Shown here piece after piece: positions 25,930 through 35,400 of a stretch of DNA of 42,062 bases. This DNA is from a virus (lineage: Duplodnaviria > Caudoviricetes). How positions within the stretch are numbered: the stretch's first letter is position 1; every line of letters begins with the position of its first letter. Below the pieces are notes generated by a model. That model ran no database searches. It was not told where the DNA came from and saw nothing but the letters and a program-made list of their open reading frames with translations. The stretch is taken from the IMG/VR virus record IMGVR_UViG_3300034126_000011, positions 1 to 42,062 of that record; one strand, given 5' to 3'. The translations under genes and the position numbers were made by a program.

Positions 25930-26915
25930 TCTTCTCCCAGATGGCCTACCCAGTCACCGTTGCTATCGAGCAACATTGGGATCAAGGTAGGGATACCGTT
26001 GATGATTACACCGCAGCCGAGGATCGGCTTGTACATGGTGTGCTTGCCGTAGGCAAAGGCCAAGCTGTCCTTGTCGATCAGGCAACCGAAGTACGCGCCC
26101 CAGTAGAGGCGAGCCGACGATGCGCCGTATTCGATAGAGAACTTACCGTGATGATGGCCGACTACCAGATTGCACTGGTTGTGCGATGCGTCTGCACGGA
26201 TATCGCCAGACGGTTGATGCTTGAACAGCACCTCACCCATCGGAGTGCGTACACGCCAGCTCTCGGCCCACTGCCAGCCCTTGCCCAGATTACCTACTTC
26301 GTCTTGCGGGAACAGGATCTCCCGGTATGACTTCAGGTACTGGACCGGGATGCCGTGAGCCTTGGCCTTGCGGTAGTGCATCGAGCCGTGGTTGGAGTCG
26401 CACAGCAGGAAGCGCGGGAAGATCTTAGCCAGCTCGGCCAGCACCTTCTTGGTAGCTTCCAGCTCATCGCCCGCCGACAGCAGGTTAGGGTCGCTGTCAT
26501 GAAACGACATGTTGTGCTTGTCCGCCTCGTCGCCGAGGTTGACGCACAGATCAGGCTTGAACTTGTCGCGCACTGCCTTCATGAACGCCAGCGCATGGCG
26601 GTGATGATACGGTGCGTGCAGGTCCGGCATCACCAAGATGGCGCGGTAGATGTTGTTGAAGCGGAACTTACCGCCCTTGCCCAGCGGCTCCGGCGCCTTC
26701 AGCTTTCGCTCTGCCTTGAGCTGAGCATTGACCTTGCCCGGAGTGGTGTCCTCGGCGTAGAGTGCTCGCCAGTACTTTACGTTCTGTCGGCTGATCTCTA
26801 CGCCCGTAGGGGCGATCTCGTTGTACTTCACCGCCGCATCCACGTTGCTGATGTTGCTTTGCAGGATGATCTTGTGCAGGCACGGGGTGAACAGGTTCTT
26901 CAAATGGCCTCGCAT
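25926..26915 (-). CDS. Calcineurin-like metallophosphoesterase with N-terminal extension
   Basis: PDLH, LGDEAD, SNH, H, GHHH metal-binding motifs in canonical order. Confidence 0.88.
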   Translation of the reverse strand: MRGHLKNLFTPCLHKIILQSNISNVDAAVKYNEIAPTGVEISRQNVKYWRALYAEDTTPGKVNAQLKAERKLKAPEPLGKGGKFRFNNIYRAILVMPDLHAPYHHRHALAFMKAVRDKFKPDLCVNLGDEADKHNMSFHDSDPNLLSAGDELEATKKVLAELAKIFPRFLLCDSNHGSMHYRKAKAHGIPVQYLKSYREILFPQDEVGNLGKGWQWAESWRVRTPMGEVLFKHQPSGDIRADASHNQCNLVVGHHHGKFSIEYGASSARLYWGAYFGCLIDKDSLAFAYGKHTMYKPILGCGVIINGIPTLIPMLLDSNGDWVGHLGEE

Positions 26916-27145
26916 CAGTTATCCTCCGGGATGCCGATCTTGGCACGAGCAATGCTGTGCGTCGGATAGTAATAGATGTTGCCATCTGCGTGCACTTCCA
27001 GACCGGTGCTGTTGAATTTGTACTTCGCATCAGCGAATACCGGGCCTGCGAACTCGCTACGCAGAAGCTGGTTGTCCTGCTTGAGCAGTGCCTTGTAGGC
27101 ATTGGTCTGCGCCGGTTCGGACAGAATGATTTCGATACGACTCAT
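26915..27145 (-). CDS. Hypothetical protein (76 aa)
   Basis: Overlap-coupled to both neighbours; AAGGTG RBS. Confidence 0.7.
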   Translation of the reverse strand: MSRIEIILSEPAQTNAYKALLKQDNQLLRSEFAGPVFADAKYKFNSTGLEVHADGNIYYYPTHSIARAKIGIPEDN

Positions 27146-27525
27146 GCTTTCACCTTCTTGACTGCTGCACGTTTCTTGACAGCGGCTGCGTTCTTGGCCA
27201 ACCGCTTTTCATCGTCTGTCTTGTGCGTGGGATGTAGGATACCTGTACCGCCTTGCGAACCGAATGCCAAGTAGGCCGGGATGTTCATCAGGTAGGTATT
27301 AAGATCGGCACCCCGCAGACCATTACGAGGAGCGTTGTTCTCGATCTTTCCGAGCAGAGCGTTACAGCCTCGGCACAGAACACCACGAACGACACCATCA
27401 GTATGGCAATGATCCAAGCAAGGAACCGTTGGCCGTCGTTTGCAAAGTGCACATTTGCCTCCTTGTCTCCCGGCCAGAAGCTGGGCTCGGTACGGCGCGA
27501 TGCCGCTAGTAGTCAGGCGTTGCAT
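27142..27525 (-). CDS. Endonuclease VII-like Holliday junction resolvase
   Basis: CALC...LDHCH..G.VRG.LC..CN...GK.EN signature. Confidence 0.93.
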   Translation of the reverse strand: MQRLTTSGIAPYRAQLLAGRQGGKCALCKRRPTVPCLDHCHTDGVVRGVLCRGCNALLGKIENNAPRNGLRGADLNTYLMNIPAYLAFGSQGGTGILHPTHKTDDEKRLAKNAAAVKKRAAVKKVKA

Positions 27526-28465
27526 TGATAACCTCCTGCACTCGGGCAGCCAGTCTACCAGCCGCCTCTGCGATATACGGCTGGAACTTGTTGCCAGTGG
27601 GAACCACTGTCAAGAAGTCAATGACGGATGCGTCCTTATCTGTTCGCATCCAGAGTAAGCCCATCTGCTCGACTAGGCGGTCTGCCCAGTCGTCTCGGTA
27701 GAAGTGAGCGTAGTGCTTGCAGACCACATCGAATGCGGTAGCATCGTCGTGAGTCATGCACAGGGCGTTGAGTGCACGAGCCATGCCGCAGTCAACCATC
27801 TTGCCAGTGTGGCTGAGGATCTTCGGCAAGCCGGGGATCTTGTCAGCCGCATCGCCGGCCAGTAGCTGGATCCAGAACCACTTGCTGCCGAAGAGTCGGC
27901 CAGTGCTGTTCTCGATCTCGTAGGTTCCTGCGAGAACTTCCGTCAACTCGTAGGTGTCCCAGTCTATGTGGATACAGCCGTCGTACATCTGGCTGTCCTT
28001 GTCCTTCATGCCTACGACCGCTCGACCAAATGGTAGCAGCTTCGTGTGAAGGCGGATCCCATCGTCAGCTTCTCTGGTTCCCCAGATCTTCGGCGTGAAC
28101 GCTGCTCCCTTGTAGGACTCAACGAAGTCTCGGAGCTGATCCCAGTTCTTGGGGCGTACAGATCCTTCTCGGTGAGCTTGGTAAGGATTGATTGTAGCAA
28201 TGACATAGCGCCATCCCTTGTGCGAGCCAGTCGCTGTTAGGTGAAGCACAACCTTCTCGGCCCCGGCAGCAATGCGCATGTCGTCTAACTTCTGCATCAG
28301 ACGAGTGCGCGCATCACCGATAGGGGTTTCGTTATTGCCTGCGCAGAAGTAGCAGAGGTAGTCGCCGTCCACCAACAACCACCGCCCCGGAACAATCTCC
28401 GTAGCGGTGAAGTTGATGGGGGCAGCAGCCTCGGCAGCATCTGCAATCGCCGCCGAGTAGTCCAT
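27506..28465 (-). CDS. 5'-3' exonuclease (T7 gp6-like)
   Basis: DGDY, Y..HR, EADD, KDKD, GDAAD.IPGL motifs. Confidence 0.92.
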   Translation of the reverse strand: MDYSAAIADAAEAAAPINFTATEIVPGRWLLVDGDYLCYFCAGNNETPIGDARTRLMQKLDDMRIAAGAEKVVLHLTATGSHKGWRYVIATINPYQAHREGSVRPKNWDQLRDFVESYKGAAFTPKIWGTREADDGIRLHTKLLPFGRAVVGMKDKDSQMYDGCIHIDWDTYELTEVLAGTYEIENSTGRLFGSKWFWIQLLAGDAADKIPGLPKILSHTGKMVDCGMARALNALCMTHDDATAFDVVCKHYAHFYRDDWADRLVEQMGLLWMRTDKDASVIDFLTVVPTGNKFQPYIAEAAGRLAARVQEVINATPDY

Positions 28466-29346
28466 TACAGCAGACCTGCCAGAGCGTCCTCGCCAGCCAC
28501 GCCACCGGTGCTGACAGTGCTGTCACCTTCCAGCTCGCCGGTATCCAGCTCGCCGCCGTCACCGAGGAGCGACTGCATCTTGCTGCCCTTCCAGTCCAGA
28601 GCCTGCTTGATCTCTTCTTGGATCACGTTCTTGGACTTGGCCGGACGAGCCGCCTTGCCGTCTGCTGCTTCGACCGCCTCGTACTCGCCGTCGATGAACA
28701 GGCTGTCCCACATTTGCGGGGTGGCGTAATCCCACAGGAAGCAGCGTTGCGAGCTTACGACTTCCGGCGCATTGATTATGCGGAACTCGCCAGTCGGCAT
28801 GTCAGTCACTGGGTCGGTGATGTCCACTCGCGCCGGGCTGATGCGGAAGCCGTCCTGTGCGTTACCAATGGAGCCGTACACGATCTCATCACCGGACTCG
28901 TTGGTGAACTTCTCCTGCGAGACGATCACCTTGAAGTGCTTGCCGAGGCACTGCGCCGGGATCTTGATGGCCGGATCCTTGGCATGGTTGATGGCCGAGA
29001 ACAGCTTGTAGAAGCCGGACTTGTCAGACGGCTTCTTGCCTTTCTCCGGCAGCCAAGTGTGCACAGTGATGCGCTTGGCGAAGGTGGTCGTGCCGTCTTC
29101 GCTCTTGGTGTGCGGGTTGGTGCCACCGGCCAGCTCAATGATCCAGCGCGCCTTGCGCACCTTCTTATCTGCCGCACCCTTGTAGCCCTTCTTGACGCGC
29201 AGACCCAGCTCGATGTAGCCGACGAGAGTGCCGATGCAGGTGCCCGCAGCAGGAGGAGTAGCGCCGCCACCGCCCTTGCTGGCTTCGGACAGATCTTCCG
29301 ATTCGTTGGCGGCTTGGTCGATGATTGCGTTCAGGTCAAAGCTCAT
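28465..29346 (-). CDS. Conserved replication protein, probable ssDNA-binding protein
   Basis: Conserved post-polymerase position in phiKMV-like phages; GYIELG, FLWD, WDSLFIDG; acidic tail ending in hydrophobic residues. Confidence 0.65.
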   Translation of the reverse strand: MSFDLNAIIDQAANESEDLSEASKGGGGATPPAAGTCIGTLVGYIELGLRVKKGYKGAADKKVRKARWIIELAGGTNPHTKSEDGTTTFAKRITVHTWLPEKGKKPSDKSGFYKLFSAINHAKDPAIKIPAQCLGKHFKVIVSQEKFTNESGDEIVYGSIGNAQDGFRISPARVDITDPVTDMPTGEFRIINAPEVVSSQRCFLWDYATPQMWDSLFIDGEYEAVEAADGKAARPAKSKNVIQEEIKQALDWKGSKMQSLLGDGGELDTGELEGDSTVSTGGVAGEDALAGLL

Positions 29347-29356
29347 GATATTTCCC

Positions 29357-31705
29357 TTATGGTTTCTTGATGGTGGCGACGTAGAGCTTGTGCATCTCTT
29401 CGCCTATCGGTGTGGTGTAGGAATCGAAGTCCTTCACCTTGTCATGCCCGGCCCAGTTGGCGCCAATGGTTGTGTCGCTCGGTACGTAGACTGGTTGCGG
29501 CCAGCCGAAGTATGCCTCCATGAATGGCGAGGCCAGCTCCATCGCGCAGTGCAATACTGCTGCTGCCTCGGCGTGTACTTCCTTGGCGGCGTCAGCATAG
29601 CAGGCATCGTGAACCTGTCCGATCAGTGCAGCAAGTCCGCCCCAGTTGTCGCGGCGGTAGTACTCACGAACTGCGATCCACATTGCGGCCTTGGCCCACT
29701 CGGCCCCGCCACCCTGCACCTCGTAGTTCTTGATCTCTGGTGGGCTGAAGGAAGTCCAGCCACCGCCACGTTGCACCACATACTTCGGCGCAGGCTGCTC
29801 GATCCAAGCGTACAGTTTGTTGTCCGGAGTTCTATGGTAGCCAGTCCGCAACTCGACCATGCGACTCGGGAAGTCTGGGTGCGGTATGACCTTGCGGACA
29901 TTGCGCTTGGCCTTCTCGATCTGCGCTGTCAGCTTGACGTAGTGCGGCTCGATGTCTGGGTACAGTAAGTTCTCCGCTGCGATAAGTGTGTTCACCGCAT
30001 CGACAGATAACCCGGTGGCGGCTGCAATGGCTACAGCACCCGCTCCGAAAGCTCGCTGGAAGCTGAACCCCTTGGCCTTGCTCCGCTTCTCTACCCACTC
30101 TTCGATCTCCTCGACCTTGCACAGACGCACCGCCTCTTCGTAGGTGATAGCGTACTGGCTGGCCACTCGCTTGCAGTGCATGTCCAGCTTGAGCTTGAGG
30201 TCGGCGATCAGGTTCTTGTCACCCGTAAGGATGGCTTGAATGTAGATCTCCAACGAGCTGAAGTCGGACTGGATGATGTAGCCACCATCGTAGCGGCTGG
30301 TCAGTACAGTCTTGATGACCGACTTACCTTCACCGGCACGCGGCAGGTTCTGTGTGTTCGGGTTGCTTGCGGAGAACCGCCCGGTCACTGTGCTGGTCTG
30401 GTTGATCTGGTGATGGATGATGCCGTTGGCACGCACCAGTGTGAGCATACCCTTCTTGCCACCGGGAACCTTCGGATCGTCGGTGATGAAGTAGGTGCCC
30501 AGATCCTTTACAGCCTTGGCATGACGCGCCATTGCCTTGAGGAACGGGATGTCTCGCACGCCCAGTTCGGTAATCACCTCCTCTGCCGTAGAGTACACGC
30601 CTGCCGTCTTCCCTTCCCACTTAGCCTCGGGCTTGGTGTAGCCCTTGAACTCGTAGAGGAAGTCAGTCAGCTTGGTCTTCGGCTTGGATGGGTCGTTGGA
30701 CTTGACCTTCTTGGTCTTGTAACTTCCCGCCTGCTTCCCCGATCCAATGACGACGTACCGCATCGCATCCGGCGCAGTCTCGCTGCCCGGTGCAATGGAT
30801 GTTGTGGTGCCGTCTGTCAAGACGTAGTGGTCTGAATCCATTTGCGCATACAGCAGGTTGCCCATGTCGTCGCACTGATGCACACTCCTCTTGTACTTCA
30901 CCTTGCCGCCGAAGATCAGCGCACTCAGCTTGGTCCGGGATGTCCACGACCACACTAGTTCAGGCGGGAGATCTGTCGGGACGTACTGCTGCATCTCTGC
31001 CTTGAGTCCCGCGATCTCTACTTCCAGCTCAGCCGCCAGCTTCAAGCCCAGAGCAAGGTCAGCATGAATGCCGTTCTTCTCTGCCTCAATGATGTAGACC
31101 TGCGCGCCCATGTTCAGCAGGATAGACTTGGTCTGCCCTACGTCCTTGGCTCTGCGCATCTGGCCCAGCAGCACGGCTTCAGTGTTCGTGATGTCGCCGT
31201 CGAGGTACGGGTACACGATGTCTGGACTGATCTCTGTCGTACAGATGCCAGCCTTCCACATCTCTTTCATCACATCGCCGCCTTCCTTGAGCTTGCCGCC
31301 ATACTTCGGGGCGACCTCATCGAGCGACAGCATCTGTGACTCAGGCAGCATACCTTCCAGCAGGTACTCGGCTAGCTGGCAATCCCACAGTTGGCCGCCG
31401 GCTACGATCCACTTCTTGTACACTGCATACGACCATGGATCCTGTGCAATGCCCTGAAGGATATCGAACTTGAGGTTGAAGCCGACAAGGATCATCGGCC
31501 ACTTGTCCTCAAGGAGTCGGCCAAGCCAACCCATGCTCGCCTTCTTCTCAAGGTAACGATCTTTCGTCACCTCCTTCTCACCGCTGCTGCGATGCCCGAC
31601 GTACACTGTCCAGTTCAGTTCGTTGAACGGATCGGCTACACGCTTGAACGAGTTAGTGATAGTCGTCTCAACGTCGGCAACCGTATATCCTTTGAGCTGT
31701 CTCAT
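29357..31705 (-). CDS. DNA polymerase, family A (782 aa)
   Basis: Start re-called at 31705 (TAGGAG RBS); Exo I DVET, Exo II GFNLKFD, TGRFS...PN.QN.P, motif A DFSSLE, motif B R..AK...F...FG, motif C VHD. Confidence 0.96.
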   Translation of the reverse strand: MRQLKGYTVADVETTITNSFKRVADPFNELNWTVYVGHRSSGEKEVTKDRYLEKKASMGWLGRLLEDKWPMILVGFNLKFDILQGIAQDPWSYAVYKKWIVAGGQLWDCQLAEYLLEGMLPESQMLSLDEVAPKYGGKLKEGGDVMKEMWKAGICTTEISPDIVYPYLDGDITNTEAVLLGQMRRAKDVGQTKSILLNMGAQVYIIEAEKNGIHADLALGLKLAAELEVEIAGLKAEMQQYVPTDLPPELVWSWTSRTKLSALIFGGKVKYKRSVHQCDDMGNLLYAQMDSDHYVLTDGTTTSIAPGSETAPDAMRYVVIGSGKQAGSYKTKKVKSNDPSKPKTKLTDFLYEFKGYTKPEAKWEGKTAGVYSTAEEVITELGVRDIPFLKAMARHAKAVKDLGTYFITDDPKVPGGKKGMLTLVRANGIIHHQINQTSTVTGRFSASNPNTQNLPRAGEGKSVIKTVLTSRYDGGYIIQSDFSSLEIYIQAILTGDKNLIADLKLKLDMHCKRVASQYAITYEEAVRLCKVEEIEEWVEKRSKAKGFSFQRAFGAGAVAIAAATGLSVDAVNTLIAAENLLYPDIEPHYVKLTAQIEKAKRNVRKVIPHPDFPSRMVELRTGYHRTPDNKLYAWIEQPAPKYVVQRGGGWTSFSPPEIKNYEVQGGGAEWAKAAMWIAVREYYRRDNWGGLAALIGQVHDACYADAAKEVHAEAAAVLHCAMELASPFMEAYFGWPQPVYVPSDTTIGANWAGHDKVKDFDSYTTPIGEEMHKLYVATIKKP

Positions 31706-31713
31706 GAGTGCTC

Positions 31714-32286
31714 CTACTTGCGTACCCACGTCGGCTGGCCGCAGTCGGCGCCGTTGCGGTAAGTGTCAGGGATGCTGAGTTCCCGGAAGCCGTGCTTCTG
31801 CATCAGGCGCATGATGGTAGCGCAGTCATCCATGCGGATCCGCTTGGCCTCCCGCTCCGCACGTACCTCTACGGCATAGTGATCCTCGATCACACGGAAC
31901 ACTTGCTCCTTGCGCATGCCGAGGTTGATGTCCTGTGCTTCCATGCTGCGGAACACAAGGGTGCCAGCCACTCCGCCGTTGGCGAAGTAGAACACGATGC
32001 GCTCCTTGCTAATCGACACGCGCAGATGGTAGGTCGGGCCGAGGGACTTCTCTACGAACTCGCGGGCCAGAGCGTTCGCATGGTCTGCGCTGTTCTGGTT
32101 CCCGCAGATGTATACCACTCGCTGCCCGAAGGCGGCGGCCAGAACGGCAGCCTTGACAGCGTTGGAAGTCCGACCAGTACCACGGCGGGGATCGTAGTTC
32201 GGCCCGGCGTGTGCGCGGCGAGCGCACTCACCACAGCGCGGTTCGTCAATGCCATGTGCTTGTCCAGCAGTGCAGTTACACATCAT
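31714..32286 (-). CDS. Hypothetical protein: Cys/His knuckle plus degenerate P-loop (190 aa)
   Basis: Start re-called at 32286 (GGGGAG RBS); CNC..H..CGEC then RRGTGRT, VVYIC, VIEDH. Confidence 0.7.
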   Translation of the reverse strand: MMCNCTAGQAHGIDEPRCGECARRAHAGPNYDPRRGTGRTSNAVKAAVLAAAFGQRVVYICGNQNSADHANALAREFVEKSLGPTYHLRVSISKERIVFYFANGGVAGTLVFRSMEAQDINLGMRKEQVFRVIEDHYAVEVRAEREAKRIRMDDCATIMRLMQKHGFRELSIPDTYRNGADCGQPTWVRK

Positions 32287-33649
32287 CAGTACTCCCCATA
32301 TCCATCGCTGCATGAAAGCGCGAGGTTGCATAGTCGAAGGTAGTTTCGGCACGCGGCGACTTGCCCATGCCCTCAATGCTCAGCTTGTTCTTCGGCGTGC
32401 TGATCCACCGGGTTGTTTCTTGCGAGGCGTCTGCCTCCTTGTTGCCCATCATGATGATGGCATCGCATGCACCCTGCTTGCCGGTCTTGCTATCCTTGAG
32501 CATGTGCATCAGCGGGTAGCTTAGCTCGGCTGCATCGGCGCTGGTCTGGCTGGTAGCTAGGCCGACGTGATCATAGATCACAGCCATGTTCCGGCCCCAT
32601 GCATACATCGCCTCCAGCAGTTGGTCAGTACGGGTGCCGCCATTGCTCACGCCGTTGGTGAACTGGATGTTGTCGATCATGTCATACACAACCAGCATCG
32701 GGTTGGTGTCTTTGATCAGCTCCTCAACCATGGCAGCGGACCAGCCATGAATATCCTTGACCTTAATGACGTGGCGGTTGCCACCCATCAAGACCTCGTA
32801 CTCCTGCCATAGCGTGCCGGCGTTCTGCTTCTCGATGATCTTGCTCATCGGGATACCGAACGCCGCTTGGACTACACGCTTGAGGATTCGCTTGCCCGGC
32901 CCTTCGTTGTTGAGCCAGAGGATGATGCGAGCTGTTGGCTCAGGTACTGCAACATCACCGGATTCGGAGTTAGCCGCAAGCCACGCAGCATGTGCCGCAT
33001 CATTGTACTGTTGAACCTGCGGACCCATATGGGTAATGTTGTCCGCAATCGCTGACGTTTTGCCCGAGTCAGGCCGTGCTGCAAAGATGAGGAAGTCACC
33101 GCCGCGCCACGGACGCATGTACATCTGTAGGCAGGCCCAGCGCGGCTGAAGCCCTTCGTTGTTTGTGTCTTCAAGGAACAGTTCCTCATCCAGTTCGACG
33201 AACTCGAACTTCTTCGAGCTGCCTTCCATCGCCATCTGATAGGCTTGATAGACCGTGTTCATCTCAGCGGCGGGATCAATGTCCTCGTCATTGTGATAGC
33301 GGTCCATGATCTCTGTAGTCTTGACAGCCAAGTCAGCCTGCAAGATCTGCTTAACGATCTGCTTCTTGGCAAACTCATTAGGCTCACGGCTGGCCTGCTT
33401 GAAGACCGCCTCAAGGATAGCCTTGGCCTCGGCCCCGAGCTTATCTCCCTTGCTCAAGAAGAACCACGACTGGAACCCATCACTGACAGGGATGTCGTTG
33501 CACTCTACGTCCAGCTTGAAGAACTGATCATAGGCATTGAGGATGGCCAGCGTGTGTGCATCAACCGACTTTGGGTTGAGCATGCGCCGGAGCTGATAGA
33601 ACTTCTTACGCTCTCGCATGATCTGCAACAGCGTGTGATCGAACGCCAT
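32276..33649 (-). CDS. DnaB-like replicative helicase
   Basis: Walker A ARPDSGKTS, NNEG, VYDMID, TSQ, SKTGKQGACD, KNK. Confidence 0.95.
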   Translation of the reverse strand: MAFDHTLLQIMRERKKFYQLRRMLNPKSVDAHTLAILNAYDQFFKLDVECNDIPVSDGFQSWFFLSKGDKLGAEAKAILEAVFKQASREPNEFAKKQIVKQILQADLAVKTTEIMDRYHNDEDIDPAAEMNTVYQAYQMAMEGSSKKFEFVELDEELFLEDTNNEGLQPRWACLQMYMRPWRGGDFLIFAARPDSGKTSAIADNITHMGPQVQQYNDAAHAAWLAANSESGDVAVPEPTARIILWLNNEGPGKRILKRVVQAAFGIPMSKIIEKQNAGTLWQEYEVLMGGNRHVIKVKDIHGWSAAMVEELIKDTNPMLVVYDMIDNIQFTNGVSNGGTRTDQLLEAMYAWGRNMAVIYDHVGLATSQTSADAAELSYPLMHMLKDSKTGKQGACDAIIMMGNKEADASQETTRWISTPKNKLSIEGMGKSPRAETTFDYATSRFHAAMDMGSTDDV

Positions 33650-34475
33650 GAATGATACTCCTGATCTCCGCTAGGCTGTATGCCTTGGGATCTTTGTCAG
33701 TGGCTATGGGTATTGGCTCAATGCCGACAAGTCGAAGTTGTCGCCTAATACAAGAACTTGCATCGCGTCCTGCTTGGTCGGGATCGAACCATAAGTAGAC
33801 CGGCTCTTGCGCAGCGATGAGAAGTGCGATTGTATGTTGGGATAGTGAAGTTCCCATGACTGCGTAACCAGTCGCAGCGCCCGACTCTCCAACCTTGAAG
33901 CCTGATAGGATGTCTTCGGTAAGACAGTAGCCTGCATCTGTTCCTTCGTCATGCCGAAACGTTGCATGAACAACATCTCTTGGAGTAGACGATGAGATGT
34001 ACTTCGCCCCTCCGTCCTTGGGATACTCTGGATTGCGGGCCTGCCAGAAGATAACCTTCCCGTCACTGTCCCTGATGGGAAGCACGACCCGCCCAGTGGG
34101 GGCATGGTAGTACGCGCCGAGGCTCTTGATAAGGCTCGGGTTAAGTCCTGCTTTGTAAAGCCAGAGTCTTGCAGCAGGCGTCCATGTTGTAAGGTCATGG
34201 CTTGCCGGGAAAGGCGGGCGAACTTTGTATGAGATTGCATTGTCTATCTCCTGTTGCTGCGCTTTCCGAGCGAGCCTCTCTCTCATGCTGGGTACTGCCT
34301 TCGGCACCCAACCCCTTGTGTGACAGCGCCAGCACCATGCTGTCCAACTGTCCACGTTGTGATAGACGACAAGGCTGGCATCCCCGCAGAGGTGCTGAAC
34401 CTTGTTCTTCGTGCCTACCGTAATGGCTTGCGCCTCGGCCAGCCACTCGCTCGGGTCCATCAACTCTTCAGACAT
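33606..34475 (-). CDS. DNA primase (separate from helicase)
   Basis: N-terminal H.C...CWRC zinc motif, WQAR, KY, TOPRIM TED..S and FDPD.AG, KDPK. Confidence 0.92.
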   Translation of the reverse strand: MSEELMDPSEWLAEAQAITVGTKNKVQHLCGDASLVVYHNVDSWTAWCWRCHTRGWVPKAVPSMRERLARKAQQQEIDNAISYKVRPPFPASHDLTTWTPAARLWLYKAGLNPSLIKSLGAYYHAPTGRVVLPIRDSDGKVIFWQARNPEYPKDGGAKYISSSTPRDVVHATFRHDEGTDAGYCLTEDILSGFKVGESGAATGYAVMGTSLSQHTIALLIAAQEPVYLWFDPDQAGRDASSCIRRQLRLVGIEPIPIATDKDPKAYSLAEIRSIIHGVRSHAVADHARA

Positions 34476-34487
34476 ACCAGCCTCTAG

Positions 34488-34685
34488 TCACAGGCGATAC
34501 CAAGATTGGTAGTCACCCTCAGTCATGTGCCCATCAAGTCGAGCTACCTCATGTTGGCGCAGCACCGTTCGGTGAGTGTTGCAGGCGTAGGTACTCAGGC
34601 CAAGCCCGGAGCTGCGCCAGTCAGCGGGTGCATTGCACCACTTGCATACGGACTTGGTGTAGGTTCCCGGCTTGATCTGTTTCAT
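34488..34685 (-). CDS. Small putative zinc-finger protein (65 aa)
   Basis: GAGGTAGG RBS; CKWC...C..H. Confidence 0.7.
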   Translation of the reverse strand: MKQIKPGTYTKSVCKWCNAPADWRSSGLGLSTYACNTHRTVLRQHEVARLDGHMTEGDYQSWYRL

Positions 34686-34692
34686 ACCTACC

Positions 34693-34908
34693 TCAGTGCT
34701 TAGCTGCGTAGTCAGCTCGTGCCTTGCGGCGCGTCAGCTCACCATGCAAAGTCTGTACCGCCAGTGCTGCACTGTTCAGGTGAACCGGCATCACCATGAT
34801 GCGCAGGTTACCGTAATCCGAACAGACCTGAATGTGCCGGCACTCACCGGACACATCAGACAGCACTGGGTGCGTGGTCCATACCGCACTACCCAGTGCA
34901 GTACTCAT
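34693..34908 (-). CDS. Hypothetical protein (71 aa)
   Basis: TGATG overlap with upstream stop. Confidence 0.65.
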   Translation of the reverse strand: MSTALGSAVWTTHPVLSDVSGECRHIQVCSDYGNLRIMVMPVHLNSAALAVQTLHGELTRRKARADYAAKH

Positions 34909-35300
34909 CAGCCGTTCAGCTCAGCGAGCAGGGCATCGGCTTCGCTCTGGCCTGCGGCTGTTTCGCCCAGTGCAACGGCGACAGCGCTCGGCGCGGCCTT
35001 GGCTGGCTCGGTGATGCCGGTCAGCGCAGCGATTGCCACGGTGTAGACTTCGAGCGAGAAGCCCTCGCCCACTTCGACACGGACGCTATCGACATCCTTG
35101 ACCAGACCCCGGCCACGGACAACGCCGTCAACTGTGCGGCGGGTTTCGGCACGACCGATCTTGAAGCTGGCACCGTAGCCGACACTTACGGCATCGAACA
35201 GGGCGGCAGCTTGCGATGCTTTGATCAGGTCAGCCAGCTTGGCTTGTGCAGCAGCAACAACGGCTTCTTGTTTAGCGATCAGCTCGACGAACTTGGACAT
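34908..35300 (-). CDS. Hypothetical protein (130 aa): N-terminal coil, beta core, acidic tail
   Basis: Start re-called at 35300 (CAGGAG RBS); strongly biased codon use suggests high expression. Confidence 0.8.
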   Translation of the reverse strand: MSKFVELIAKQEAVVAAAQAKLADLIKASQAAALFDAVSVGYGASFKIGRAETRRTVDGVVRGRGLVKDVDSVRVEVGEGFSLEVYTVAIAALTGITEPAKAAPSAVAVALGETAAGQSEADALLAELNG

Positions 35301-35343
35301 GGTGTATCTCCTGAGTAATAGTTGTTGGGCGGAAGGGTTGCCC

Positions 35344-35396
35344 GCCATGCACACTAGGACTCTCGCGGTTGGCGGAACCTACCCGGTGTGCATGAC
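35344..35396 (-). other. Intergenic long stem-loop, candidate RNase III-type processing site
   Basis: GUCAUGCACAC...GUGUGCAUGGC 11-bp basal stem between two early genes. Confidence 0.5.
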
Positions 35397-35400
35397 GAAC

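Noticed and set aside
30660-30900. Insertion in DNA polymerase thumb region as an intein or intron
   Set aside because: Frame is continuous, no intein C...HN ends or homing endonuclease motifs; matches the usual thumb insertion of phiKMV-type polymerases
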